Shown here piece by piece: positions 1-7,245 of a DNA stretch of 12,363 nt. The DNA comes from a virus. Taxonomy: Duplodnaviria > Heunggongvirae > Uroviricota > Caudoviricetes. Where the stretch lies: IMG/VR virus record IMGVR_UViG_3300046786_000604, positions 1 through 12,363 of that record; one strand, written 5' to 3'. How positions within the stretch are numbered: position 1 is the stretch's first letter; the number at the start of each line of letters is the position of its first letter. The position numbers and the translations under genes are program-made. Below the pieces are notes generated by a model, which was not told the origin of the DNA, made no database searches, and was given only the letters and a program-made list of their open reading frames with translations.

Positions 1-267
1 TAATTCGATATTAAAAAATGCTATTCTTTCTTTTAATGCGTTTGCATTAGTTCCATTAAACGAAATAGCAATATCATTTCCACCAATATACCTGGAAATC
101 AATGTTGTTTTTCCAACTTGTCTTCCAGGATTAAACGCAACAGTTTGAAATGACCGTGCATAATCTACCTCAGTTAGATGTATATTTGGTCGTATGGATT
201 GAATTTCTCTATTAAATTCTACCATACTAAAAACAATGTTTTCTAATGTATTATGTAATTTTCTCAT
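1..267 (-). CDS. Partial (runs off left edge) hypothetical protein with Walker-A-like motif
   Basis: Not in the ORF track. Manual translation from ATG at 267 (SD GAGGTG upstream) is open for 89 codons: MRKLHNTLENIVFSMVEF...FNPGRQVGKTTLISRY...NIEL. GRQVGKT follows a hydrophobic strand, as in P-loop NTPases. Confidence 0.7.
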   Translation of the reverse strand, partial: MRKLHNTLENIVFSMVEFNREIQSIRPNIHLTEVDYARSFQTVAFNPGRQVGKTTLISRYIGGNDIAISFNGTNANALKERIAFFNIEL

Positions 268-268
268 A

Positions 269-499
269 TTATTCACCTCTTTCGAAAACTTCAATAGTAT
301 TTTCTAATGGCATGATAATTAATTCAGCTGGCGCTACTTTATCAGCAAATGTTTTTCTAATATCTTCCATATATTGCATTGCTTTGTGTGCTGGCATATT
401 CCCTACGCCAACTTTGATAACCATGATATGTCTATCAGTTAATTCTTGTTTATCCAAAATTTGGATTGAGTTTTCACTTAATTCTATTGTATGTGTCAT
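269..499 (-). CDS. 76-aa protein resembling the clip domain of T4-type portal proteins
   Basis: Tightly packed ORF with GGA SD. Motif VGVGNMPAHKAMQYMEDIRKTFADKV resembles T4 gp20 [26 protein letters not shown] (recalled). CDS confident, homology moderately so. Confidence 0.65.
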   Translation of the reverse strand: MTHTIELSENSIQILDKQELTDRHIMVIKVGVGNMPAHKAMQYMEDIRKTFADKVAPAELIIMPLENTIEVFERGE

Positions 500-502
500 A
501 AT

Positions 503-733
503 TTATTCCTTTATAAAAAGGGGAGTACGTCCATCGATAGTTTTATCTAACCTTAATCCTTCAGTCTTAGTTAACAGAGACTCTAACTGGTCAGAGTGGT
601 GTTTTAAAATTGAAAAACTAAATCTATCTGTTCCACGTTGATCTGGAGTTTGGTATTGTATAGAATAATATACAAATTCTTCATTGTTATCTAATTGGTC
701 TTTAAATACTTCTCTTAATTCTTCAATGTTCAT
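503..733 (-). CDS. Hypothetical protein, 76 aa
   Basis: ORF packed between neighbours with AAGGA SD upstream of the ATG; no recognisable motif. Confidence 0.75.
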   Translation of the reverse strand: MNIEELREVFKDQLDNNEEFVYYSIQYQTPDQRGTDRFSFSILKHHSDQLESLLTKTEGLRLDKTIDGRTPLFIKE

Positions 734-744
734 TTTTATATTCC

Positions 745-1707
745 TTAAAGCTTACAAGATTCGCAATCACTTTCATCATCTTCATTGATACCACTTGGTA
801 ATTCAACTTCATCTTCTGATTTTGAACCAGCTTTATCTATAAGTGAGTAATAAAAACCTTTTAATCCCCACTTATGTCCTAACATCAAATTCTTCGCAAT
901 TAATGTTCCTGGTACTTTTCTATCTGGAAAGTGTTTAGGCGAATAAAATGAATTTACACTGATTGATTGGTCAACATATGCTGCTAATACCGCTGCAGTT
1001 TTTAAATACCCGATGCAATCAGTTTGATCCCACATTAACTGATATTTGTTTTTCAGTTTATGGTATTCTGGAACAACTTGTGTTAATGATGCGGCTTTTG
1101 ATTCTTTAGTTTGAATTAACTGCATTGGCATTTCAATACCATTGGTGCTATTAATAACAACTGAACTAGATTCAACTGGAGCAATTGCCATTTGTGTAGC
1201 ATTACGAACACCGCTAACTTTCATTCTTTCACGTAATTGTTCCCAAGGCAGTTCTGGTGTAAAATCGGTTAATTCATTTACGCCTTCTGCACGTAGTTCC
1301 CACGGGAATATACCTTGACCATATCGGGTTTTTGCACTATCTAAACATGGTCCACGTTCTTCGGCTAGTTCAACACTAGATTCAGTTAAGTAAAATGCCT
1401 GATGTTCCATCCAGCTCTTAACTTCGGCTAACATTTCAGGCTCACCGTATTTCAACCCGCGTTTAGCTGCCCAGTACGCCAAGTTGGTAATACCAATCCC
1501 AATAGGACGAATTTCATCGTTTGATAGTTTAGAGTGGATTGACAAGAAGTCTTGATAATCTAAGATATTGTTTAGGCTACGATGAAGGATACGGCAAGCT
1601 CTTCTCATATCTTCTGGATTTCTGCAATTACCCCAATTGATTGAACCTAAGGTACACAGTGCTATTTTTGGAACTTTTCTAGTGCATTCTTTTTTAATTA
1701 TTCTCAT
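745..1707 (-). CDS. nrdA: Class Ia ribonucleotide reductase alpha subunit, C-terminal fragment (320 aa incl. 14-aa N-terminal tail)
   Basis: IALCTLGSINWG (E. coli C462-equivalent), RPIGIGITN, APVESSS/NSTNGIE, GFYYS (Y730/Y731 equivalents), C-terminal CESCKL cysteine pair. Start set at ATG 1707 (MRIIKKE) after GGAAATAGAA; the track start at 1737 is in frame but has no SD. Confidence 0.95.
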   Translation of the reverse strand: MRIIKKECTRKVPKIALCTLGSINWGNCRNPEDMRRACRILHRSLNNILDYQDFLSIHSKLSNDEIRPIGIGITNLAYWAAKRGLKYGEPEMLAEVKSWMEHQAFYLTESSVELAEERGPCLDSAKTRYGQGIFPWELRAEGVNELTDFTPELPWEQLRERMKVSGVRNATQMAIAPVESSSVVINSTNGIEMPMQLIQTKESKAASLTQVVPEYHKLKNKYQLMWDQTDCIGYLKTAAVLAAYVDQSISVNSFYSPKHFPDRKVPGTLIAKNLMLGHKWGLKGFYYSLIDKAGSKSEDEVELPSGINEDDESDCESCKL

Positions 1708-2401
1708 TTCTATTTCCATATAATTTACAATTATCAAAATGATATTGAGTCATTCTACTGATCCCACCTGTTTTATTACAATGTGGGCATGTTACTTTTT
1801 TCATCGGCTTGCCTTTTTTAGAATTAGACATATTGATATTATTTTTTAATCTTAATTCAGGCGATTGTTCGTGTTTAAGCCACTTTTTAAAATTTGATAT
1901 ACTTATTTCTTTTCTATCTATAATTCTACATACTGTTGGTTGTTTTCTTCCTTTAAGAGAAATACTAGTTTTAATGTTTGGAATACCTTTACGTGGACTA
2001 GGTTTTCCTTTATTATATGGTGATTTTCCTTTTCTAGCGATAGAGACCCCTAGGTTTGGAATACCTTTACGTGGACTAGGTTTTCCTTTATTGTGAGAAA
2101 TAAAACTTATCCCTAATGTTGTAAACTTACCGTCACCATTATGCATGTTATAACTTCGTATATCATTTTTGGCATCTAAAAGCGTTAAAAGCTCTGTTTC
2201 TAAATTAACCATATCGATAGGTTCACCAATTGCTAAAATCGTTCTCTCCCATTCATCATAATTTTTCTTAATCAATGGTTTTACAATTTTACTAGAACAT
2301 ATATAACCATCATGTGGGTGACAATTTTTTCTAGTGCGTGACCCTAAGTACCATCTTAGGGATACTTTATTCTTCCAAATATATACAAATGCTTGGCTCA
2401 T
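1694..2401 (-). CDS. GIY-YIG (Seg-like) homing endonuclease with NUMOD3-like repeats and C-terminal CxxC/H/C motif
   Basis: FVYIW-x8-WYLGS, conserved R, DGYICSS, E helix (NLETEL) and YN motif. Basic KGKPSPRKG repeats. C-terminal CPHC...HFDNC. Sits inside nrdA. Confidence 0.85.
   Translation of the reverse strand: MSQAFVYIWKNKVSLRWYLGSRTRKNCHPHDGYICSSKIVKPLIKKNYDEWERTILAIGEPIDMVNLETELLTLLDAKNDIRSYNMHNGDGKFTTLGISFISHNKGKPSPRKGIPNLGVSIARKGKSPYNKGKPSPRKGIPNIKTSISLKGRKQPTVCRIIDRKEISISNFKKWLKHEQSPELRLKNNINMSNSKKGKPMKKVTCPHCNKTGGISRMTQYHFDNCKLYGNRNENN
1976..2092. repeat. Perfect 39-bp direct repeat, 2 copies (1976-2014 and 2054-2092)
   Basis: gtttggaatacctttacgtggactaggttttcctttatt occurs twice, 78 bp (26 codons) apart; encodes NKGKPSPRKGIPN. 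Confidence 0.95.
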
Positions 2402-3927
2402 AATAATAAATCTGTAATATCATCATCTTCTGTCAATTCCCTAACTTTCTTCATATCACCGTTAGACAATAAAACTTTGTGTTGCCCTGGAATTAATACT
2501 TCAGTACCATCGTCTAAACTCAGTTTAAACTCTCCTTCATCATCTAATGATTTTAATGGAACTGTTGGCAAATTTATCTCTAAACATAAATTTGATTGAT
2601 ATATTGTGTGATGTTCTGGATCAAATGGTCCTTGCTTCATTACATTATCAATGAATACTAAGTAGATTCTACCGGTATCGGTTCTTTCTTTTAGAATACC
2701 GCCTTTGAATACTTCTTCAGCACTCATTGTTTTTTTACGTAAGTCTTTACGTTTTTCGTATTTTACGTAGAGTTCTTCAAATTTTGTGGTATTTTGATAG
2801 AATGCTTCGTATAAATCTGGTACTTCGTTCGGATCAAAGAAAGTAATGTTTCCTTTATCCTTAAAACGTCTCCAAAAGAATGCTGATAATACAACACCAT
2901 AATCCATATGGCGAACACGAGTTTCTTCAGTTCCTTGATTGTTTTTAAGTACAATCAGGTCATCGAATTGATAATGCCAAATTGGGTAAAATACTGTTGC
3001 CGATGCATTTCTAACACCACCTTGCGAGCACGAACGTAGATCACCAAACCATTTTTTAAGGAATGGAATGAATCCGGTATGCATAATTTCACCATTTCTA
3101 ATAGGTGAACCTAGTGGGCGCAATCTACCAACTTCTAAGCCTATGCCAGCACGTTTACTGGCATATTTTGCCATCATTTCGCCAGAAGCAAATATAGAGT
3201 CAAGATCGTCATCGCTCCGTATAAGGACGCAGCTAGAAAATTGTTTTGTTGGAGTTCCAAGCCCAGCAAGAACAGGAGTAGCAAGAGTGAATAGACCATC
3301 GGACGCAGCATTATAATATTCCTTTATGTATTTCATTCTAGCAGAATTTGGTTCTTCTTTATGAAAGACCGTAGCTGCAGCAACCATATATCTAACTTGT
3401 GGAGTTTCGTATACTTCTTTGGTAGCACGATTTCTTAATAGATATTTTTCTATTAACTGTTCGATTGCTGCATAAGAATATTGTTCGTCTTTATCATGGT
3501 CAATGAACGAGTCCATTTTATTCCATTCATCTTCTGAATACCAATCTAGAAGTTCTGGGGTATAAAGTCCTATTTCTATATTTTTCTTTACGATGTCATA
3601 AAGGTTTGGTGGTTGATATTGTCCATATACATCTTTACGAAGCATTGATAACCGTTGTTTACCTGCCACAAATTGATAATTTGTATGACCGATATCAGGA
3701 TTGGCTTCTATGTCAATAAGATTAACTATTGCACGTAATGTAATTTCATCGATTTCTTTGGTCGTAATGCCATCATAATAATGCGGTTGACTTTCGATTT
3801 CAATCATTGACTGGCTAACATCAGCGATACCGCTACAAACTTTAGCGATTTGATGCTGCCATTTTTCTAGGTTTAATGGTTCTTTAGTACCATTTCTTTT
3901 GATTACTGTTATTTTATTCATATCCAT
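2398..3927 (-). CDS. nrdA: Class Ia ribonucleotide reductase alpha subunit, N-terminal fragment with ATP cone (about 509 aa incl. 44-aa C-terminal tail)
   Basis: VIKRNGTKEPL ATP cone, ETPQ, LATPVLAGLGT, FSSCVL (C225-equivalent), SQGGVRNASA, QSNLCLEI (N437/C439/E441 equivalents at 2578-2592). Start probably 3927 or 3921 rather than 4020. The TGA stop overlaps the endonuclease ATG (ATGA). Confidence 0.95.
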   Translation of the reverse strand: MDMNKITVIKRNGTKEPLNLEKWQHQIAKVCSGIADVSQSMIEIESQPHYYDGITTKEIDEITLRAIVNLIDIEANPDIGHTNYQFVAGKQRLSMLRKDVYGQYQPPNLYDIVKKNIEIGLYTPELLDWYSEDEWNKMDSFIDHDKDEQYSYAAIEQLIEKYLLRNRATKEVYETPQVRYMVAAATVFHKEEPNSARMKYIKEYYNAASDGLFTLATPVLAGLGTPTKQFSSCVLIRSDDDLDSIFASGEMMAKYASKRAGIGLEVGRLRPLGSPIRNGEIMHTGFIPFLKKWFGDLRSCSQGGVRNASATVFYPIWHYQFDDLIVLKNNQGTEETRVRHMDYGVVLSAFFWRRFKDKGNITFFDPNEVPDLYEAFYQNTTKFEELYVKYEKRKDLRKKTMSAEEVFKGGILKERTDTGRIYLVFIDNVMKQGPFDPEHHTIYQSNLCLEINLPTVPLKSLDDEGEFKLSLDDGTEVLIPGQHKVLLSNGDMKKVRELTEDDDITDLLL

Positions 3928-3976
3928 ATGATGTGTACTCTCAATCCGTATTACTATATTAATTCTGTTTAGGTAG

Positions 3977-3984
3977 TATTTAGT
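3977..3984 (-). promoter_or_regulatory. Possible late-type promoter box ACTAAATA upstream of nrdA
   Basis: Same TAAATA core as in front of the structural genes, about 50 nt before the nrdA start; could be chance in AT-rich DNA. Confidence 0.35.
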
Positions 3985-4017
3985 GGGTTGGATTGATGTG
4001 TGAAAAATTTTGTAAGT

Positions 4018-4065
4018 CATTGAAATAGAACAGAATCTTATAAAAAGACGCTGTACTATTCAATG
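4018..4065 (-). other. Imperfect 48-nt stem-loop in the nrdA 5' leader
   Basis: cattgaaatag (4018-4028) pairs with ctattcaatg (4056-4065) with one bulge; inner pairings are acag/ctgt and tctt/aaga. Confidence 0.55.
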
Positions 4066-4075
4066 AATTATAGAT

Positions 4076-4104
4076 ATTATACACTACATAACAAGAAATG
4101 TCTA
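4076..4104 (-). promoter_or_regulatory. Sigma70-type promoter for the nrdA operon
   Basis: TAGACA (4104-4099), 17-bp spacer, TATAAT (4081-4076), in the intergenic gap. Confidence 0.75.
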
Positions 4105-4113
4105 GTGAAATTT

Positions 4114-5829
4114 TTAACTAATTGCTGTGTAGGTATAATGTAGATACCCAGCATCATTTGTAAGAAGGTTGGTATACGCAATGCTTAACGAATAGGGATC
4201 CTCACCATTATCAAGTACCCCACCATTGATATCTAAGAAAGACACTTGGAAATCTAGTAATAGTGAGTTATCAATCGTGCCTGTACAGTTATATTCATCA
4301 GTTAATTGAATATGTTTAGCATCAATATCTACTACTATTGATAAAACCCCAGCTCTAGTTTCGTTGTTTAAATTTTTATAATAATATTTGATATTATAGG
4401 TAATAGAACCATCTGGTACCCCATCCACTGAACCTGCTAATGGTAATCTAAATAAATCAGTACTATAAGTATTATATCCTAAAGAAACTCTGGTGGTTCC
4501 AAATGAACTATATTCACAATGACCACTAACTTCTGGAATATATGCATAGGTAAGTGATGGATGTGATGATATTGCGGTGCGGTCTGATTTAATATTGTTA
4601 ATAACATTTCCGTAATATCTAGAATAAATTTGTGGGAATTCTTGATTATTTACATTCCCAAAATTGTTTCCTACATTGTATAATTCTATATTAGAAACAT
4701 TATTACCTGTACCTAAATCTATGAATATGGCATTTTGTTGCACACTATAGAACTTGTAATTATTGATTATAGTATCTCTTGAACCAAATTGTTGACCAAT
4801 ATTTACACCATCTGAATTAAAACCTAACACAAACCCTTGCTTTACATTAGTGACATATCCTTCATCAAACAAATTATTTATAATATCATTATCTGAATAT
4901 ACTCCGTAGTTGAAACCTGAAATATATATATTTTTAAAAATATTACGTTCACATGTTACAAGTGAGGTAAAACCATATAATGCAATGCCTTTACTTAATT
5001 TGGTAATATCACCGACCCATCCTCCTTGTAGATTTAAATCTTCGAACGTACTATCCCTAACTGACTCTAATTGCAATGCAACTTGATCAATTGATGAAGT
5101 TATAATTGATAATCCTTTAAATAATATGTATCGTGGTTGATTTGTATATTGGACATCGTTGGAATCGTTTGTAAAGTTACCATCTAGATTTGTATCTATT
5201 AATCTACTACCCATCCCTGCTGGATTGCCAGGGGTAGATAAATCATTGACAAATCTAACTACTGGAGTGGATGATGTATGACTGATTATAGTTTTACTAG
5301 AACCTTCCCCTATGATCGTAGCGTAGCTTGGAATGAATAATGTCCCAGTAATTTTATATGTACCTGCTGGTATTTTTAATGTAATTCTTTTATATGAATT
5401 ATTATATGCTGTCCCTGCTGTATTCAAAAATAATTGATCAATTGCTCGTTGTAATGAGATAGTATCATCTACGATGCCGTCACCAATTACCCCAAAATCT
5501 TTTGTTGAAACATAATCATCTAAACGGTCTTGTACAGTACGATATACTGGATGATTAGAATCAATCCCAGTATGAATATTGGTATTATTGTCTTTATAAA
5601 CTCGTTGGAAAATATTAAGAAGATCTGGATTGTTATCCAAATCTTTATATGTTAATAGTTTTGTATTACCAACTGATGGAGCTCCTTCAGAAACTGAACC
5701 ATTTCCAATATATAACTCTTGACTATCAACACACCATGCTAATTCACCACTAGCTAATTGTGGAAGTCCTGTCCCTTCTAGTTTTTTACCACGTCTTTGT
5801 TGGATTCTTGAGATTTGTACAACTGCCAT
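4114..5829 (-). CDS. Virion structural protein (tail fibre/spike-like) with pectate-lyase-like beta-helix
   Basis: N-terminal QISRIQQRRG...LPQLASGELAW...QELYIGNG attachment-type segment, then VSTKDFGVIGDGIVDDTISLQRAID and IPAGTYKITGTL (Pectate_lyase_3-type start), then Asn/Gly-rich beta-helix rungs. GAGG SD. Confidence 0.75.
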   Translation of the reverse strand: MAVVQISRIQQRRGKKLEGTGLPQLASGELAWCVDSQELYIGNGSVSEGAPSVGNTKLLTYKDLDNNPDLLNIFQRVYKDNNTNIHTGIDSNHPVYRTVQDRLDDYVSTKDFGVIGDGIVDDTISLQRAIDQLFLNTAGTAYNNSYKRITLKIPAGTYKITGTLFIPSYATIIGEGSSKTIISHTSSTPVVRFVNDLSTPGNPAGMGSRLIDTNLDGNFTNDSNDVQYTNQPRYILFKGLSIITSSIDQVALQLESVRDSTFEDLNLQGGWVGDITKLSKGIALYGFTSLVTCERNIFKNIYISGFNYGVYSDNDIINNLFDEGYVTNVKQGFVLGFNSDGVNIGQQFGSRDTIINNYKFYSVQQNAIFIDLGTGNNVSNIELYNVGNNFGNVNNQEFPQIYSRYYGNVINNIKSDRTAISSHPSLTYAYIPEVSGHCEYSSFGTTRVSLGYNTYSTDLFRLPLAGSVDGVPDGSITYNIKYYYKNLNNETRAGVLSIVVDIDAKHIQLTDEYNCTGTIDNSLLLDFQVSFLDINGGVLDNGEDPYSLSIAYTNLLTNDAGYLHYTYTAIS

Positions 5830-5847
5830 AAAATATCCTCTTTGATA

Positions 5848-5855
5848 TATTTATA
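5848..5855 (-). promoter_or_regulatory. T4-type late promoter box TATAAATA
   Basis: Exact match 18 nt upstream of the ATG at 5829, just after a terminator. Confidence 0.7.
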
Positions 5856-5868
5856 ACATTTTGAACAT

Positions 5869-5893
5869 AAAAAAGCCCTAGTCTTCTAGGGCT
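5869..5893 (-). terminator. Rho-independent terminator
   Basis: 8-bp stem AGCCCTAG/CTAGGGCT, 4-nt loop, U-tract, 10 nt after the stop at 5904. Confidence 0.9.
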
Positions 5894-5903
5894 ATGTGAA
5901 AAA

Positions 5904-6464
5904 TTAAGCTACTGTGAAAGAAGTTGCATCAGTTACGGTTGTTCCAGATAAATCGAACCCGATGGTAAATTCACCACCTGTGACTGATGTACTTGCTGCT
6001 TGATTAAGTGTTAAACTAGTCCCAGCTGATACTGATGAAACAGTAGTTCCTGGTAATATACCAGGCCCAGTTACTGTTGCCCCAACCATTGTTGCTAGTG
6101 CTGAAGATGTTGCTAACGTAACAGTTCCATTAGTAGTACCGGTAATCGTTCTAACACCAGACACTCTGCGAATACGAGTTCTTAGTTCAGCTGCATCATT
6201 AATTGCTTTATCCATTACCACATGGATTTTACCTGAATTATCAGCTGGTGACCAGTATGCTAGTGGACTGATTTCTTTGACGATTGCTTCTAATACGCCA
6301 TCTGCCAATTGAGTTGATGAATCAATATAACTATCTTCATTTTGTAAATCAATTGCAGTTCCACCTGCAATTTTTACTGTAATTAAATATAAATTAGAAT
6401 TTACATTGTATAATGTTCCAACTTTTGTAGCTGAACCATTAATTCTTGATACCATTAAAGTCAT
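5904..6464 (-). CDS. Putative virion structural/decoration protein, 186 aa
   Basis: Thr/Gly/Ala/Ser-rich, GGAG SD, own TAAATA box and terminator. The C-terminal third has a GATVTGPGILPGTTVSSV-type beta module. Confidence 0.65.
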   Translation of the reverse strand: MTLMVSRINGSATKVGTLYNVNSNLYLITVKIAGGTAIDLQNEDSYIDSSTQLADGVLEAIVKEISPLAYWSPADNSGKIHVVMDKAINDAAELRTRIRRVSGVRTITGTTNGTVTLATSSALATMVGATVTGPGILPGTTVSSVSAGTSLTLNQAASTSVTGGEFTIGFDLSGTTVTDATSFTVA

Positions 6465-6485
6465 TTTAAAAATCTCCGTTTTAAG

Positions 6486-6493
6486 TATTTATC
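6486..6493 (-). promoter_or_regulatory. Late promoter box GATAAATA
   Basis: TAAATA core overlapping the exonuclease stop codon, 21 nt upstream of the ATG at 6464. Confidence 0.6.
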
Positions 6494-7208
6494 AGTTATT
6501 CTTGTAATATAATTCCACACGATCCCACCATTTATTCTCCCAATGACTAAAATTTTCTGGTTTTAGAATAAATTCTTGATATTGTGGAATACCCCATATA
6601 CCAGGGGATGTTTCCGGTGGTTTTACACACATTAAAATTACACCTTTCCGTACATTGGTACCATGTACCTTATTATGGGCTAGTGCATATGCAGTTAATT
6701 GAAGATAATAATCCTCAATCCATTCTTCTTTTTTAGGTTTATTGGATTGTTTATAGTCAAATATTGCTTCATCATTTGTATGAATACCCAATGCATCAGC
6801 AGTTCCTGCATATAGCCCTGGATAATATAATCCAACCTCAGACCCCCATATTTCATTTATATTTAAAAATCCATTAGATATAATAGTATCAGCCATTAGA
6901 TGGCTTTGTTTACTATATGGATTTGTACCAGCTGGAGTCAATTGGCCATTTGCAATAAAGTCTTCTAAAAACTTATGCATTCGTGTTCCACGGCCAGCAG
7001 CTTCAGTTGTTATTTCTTGTGCTTTTGTTTCGCCGACCGACTTCCTCCATTTCATAATGGATTCCATCTTTTCTTTTGATTTTGTCTTGTCAAGAATTGT
7101 TGTTACTGAGGGAACCTTAGAACCATCTGGGCAAAGATATAATCGTTTGCCCTGTTCTTCGTTTCTATTGATTGGTGTGTAATTATAGCGTTCTGTTAGT
7201 AAAGTCAT
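6492..7208 (-). CDS. PD-(D/E)xK superfamily exonuclease (MGME1/phage exonuclease-like)
   Basis: PSVTTIL, RGTRMH-x2-E, SEVGLY, YAGTAD, IFDYKQS, DYYLQLTAYA motifs. No four-Cys Fe-S set. Confidence 0.85.
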   Translation of the reverse strand: MTLLTERYNYTPINRNEEQGKRLYLCPDGSKVPSVTTILDKTKSKEKMESIMKWRKSVGETKAQEITTEAAGRGTRMHKFLEDFIANGQLTPAGTNPYSKQSHLMADTIISNGFLNINEIWGSEVGLYYPGLYAGTADALGIHTNDEAIFDYKQSNKPKKEEWIEDYYLQLTAYALAHNKVHGTNVRKGVILMCVKPPETSPGIWGIPQYQEFILKPENFSHWENKWWDRVELYYKNN

Positions 7209-7213
7209 AAGGT

Positions 7214-7242
7214 ATTATATAACATTTACTAACAGAGGTCAA
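7214..7242 (-). promoter_or_regulatory. Sigma70-type promoter, probably giving a leaderless exonuclease mRNA
   Basis: TTGACC (7242-7237), 17-bp spacer, TATAAT (7219-7214), then only 5 nt (ACCTT) before the ATG at 7208; no SD. Confidence 0.85.
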
Positions 7243-7245
7243 TTA

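Larger units (their letters stand above)
1666..2532 (-). mobile_element. 867-bp insertion in nrdA: Hint-like tail + homing endonuclease + Hint-like tail
   Basis: Removing 1666-2532 joins ...SLDDEG to IALCTLG..., matching the contiguous NrdA region (E. coli NDENGEIALCTL, recalled). Boundaries are uncertain by 1-2 codons. Confidence 0.75.

Noticed and set aside
1976-2092. CRISPR mini-array (39-bp repeat with a 39-bp spacer)
   Set aside because: Only two copies, in frame inside the endonuclease gene and encoding a protein repeat; no cas genes or leader.
1666-2532. Group I or II intron in nrdA
   Set aside because: The insert is wholly occupied by overlapping reading frames, leaving no space for a ribozyme core. 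I saw no P7-type motifs, and the base before the resumed exon is A rather than the terminal G.
1666-2532. Canonical splicing split intein
   Set aside because: No Cys/Ser at the N-junction, no block A, no terminal His-Asn/Gln, and the +1 residue is Ile; both tails are far too short.
4114-5829. Diversity-generating retroelement target
   Set aside because: I noticed no duplicated variable/template repeat, and there is no reverse transcriptase in the window.
6492-7208. Cas4
   Set aside because: PD-(D/E)xK core is present but the four-cysteine Fe-S signature is missing, and there is no array in the window.
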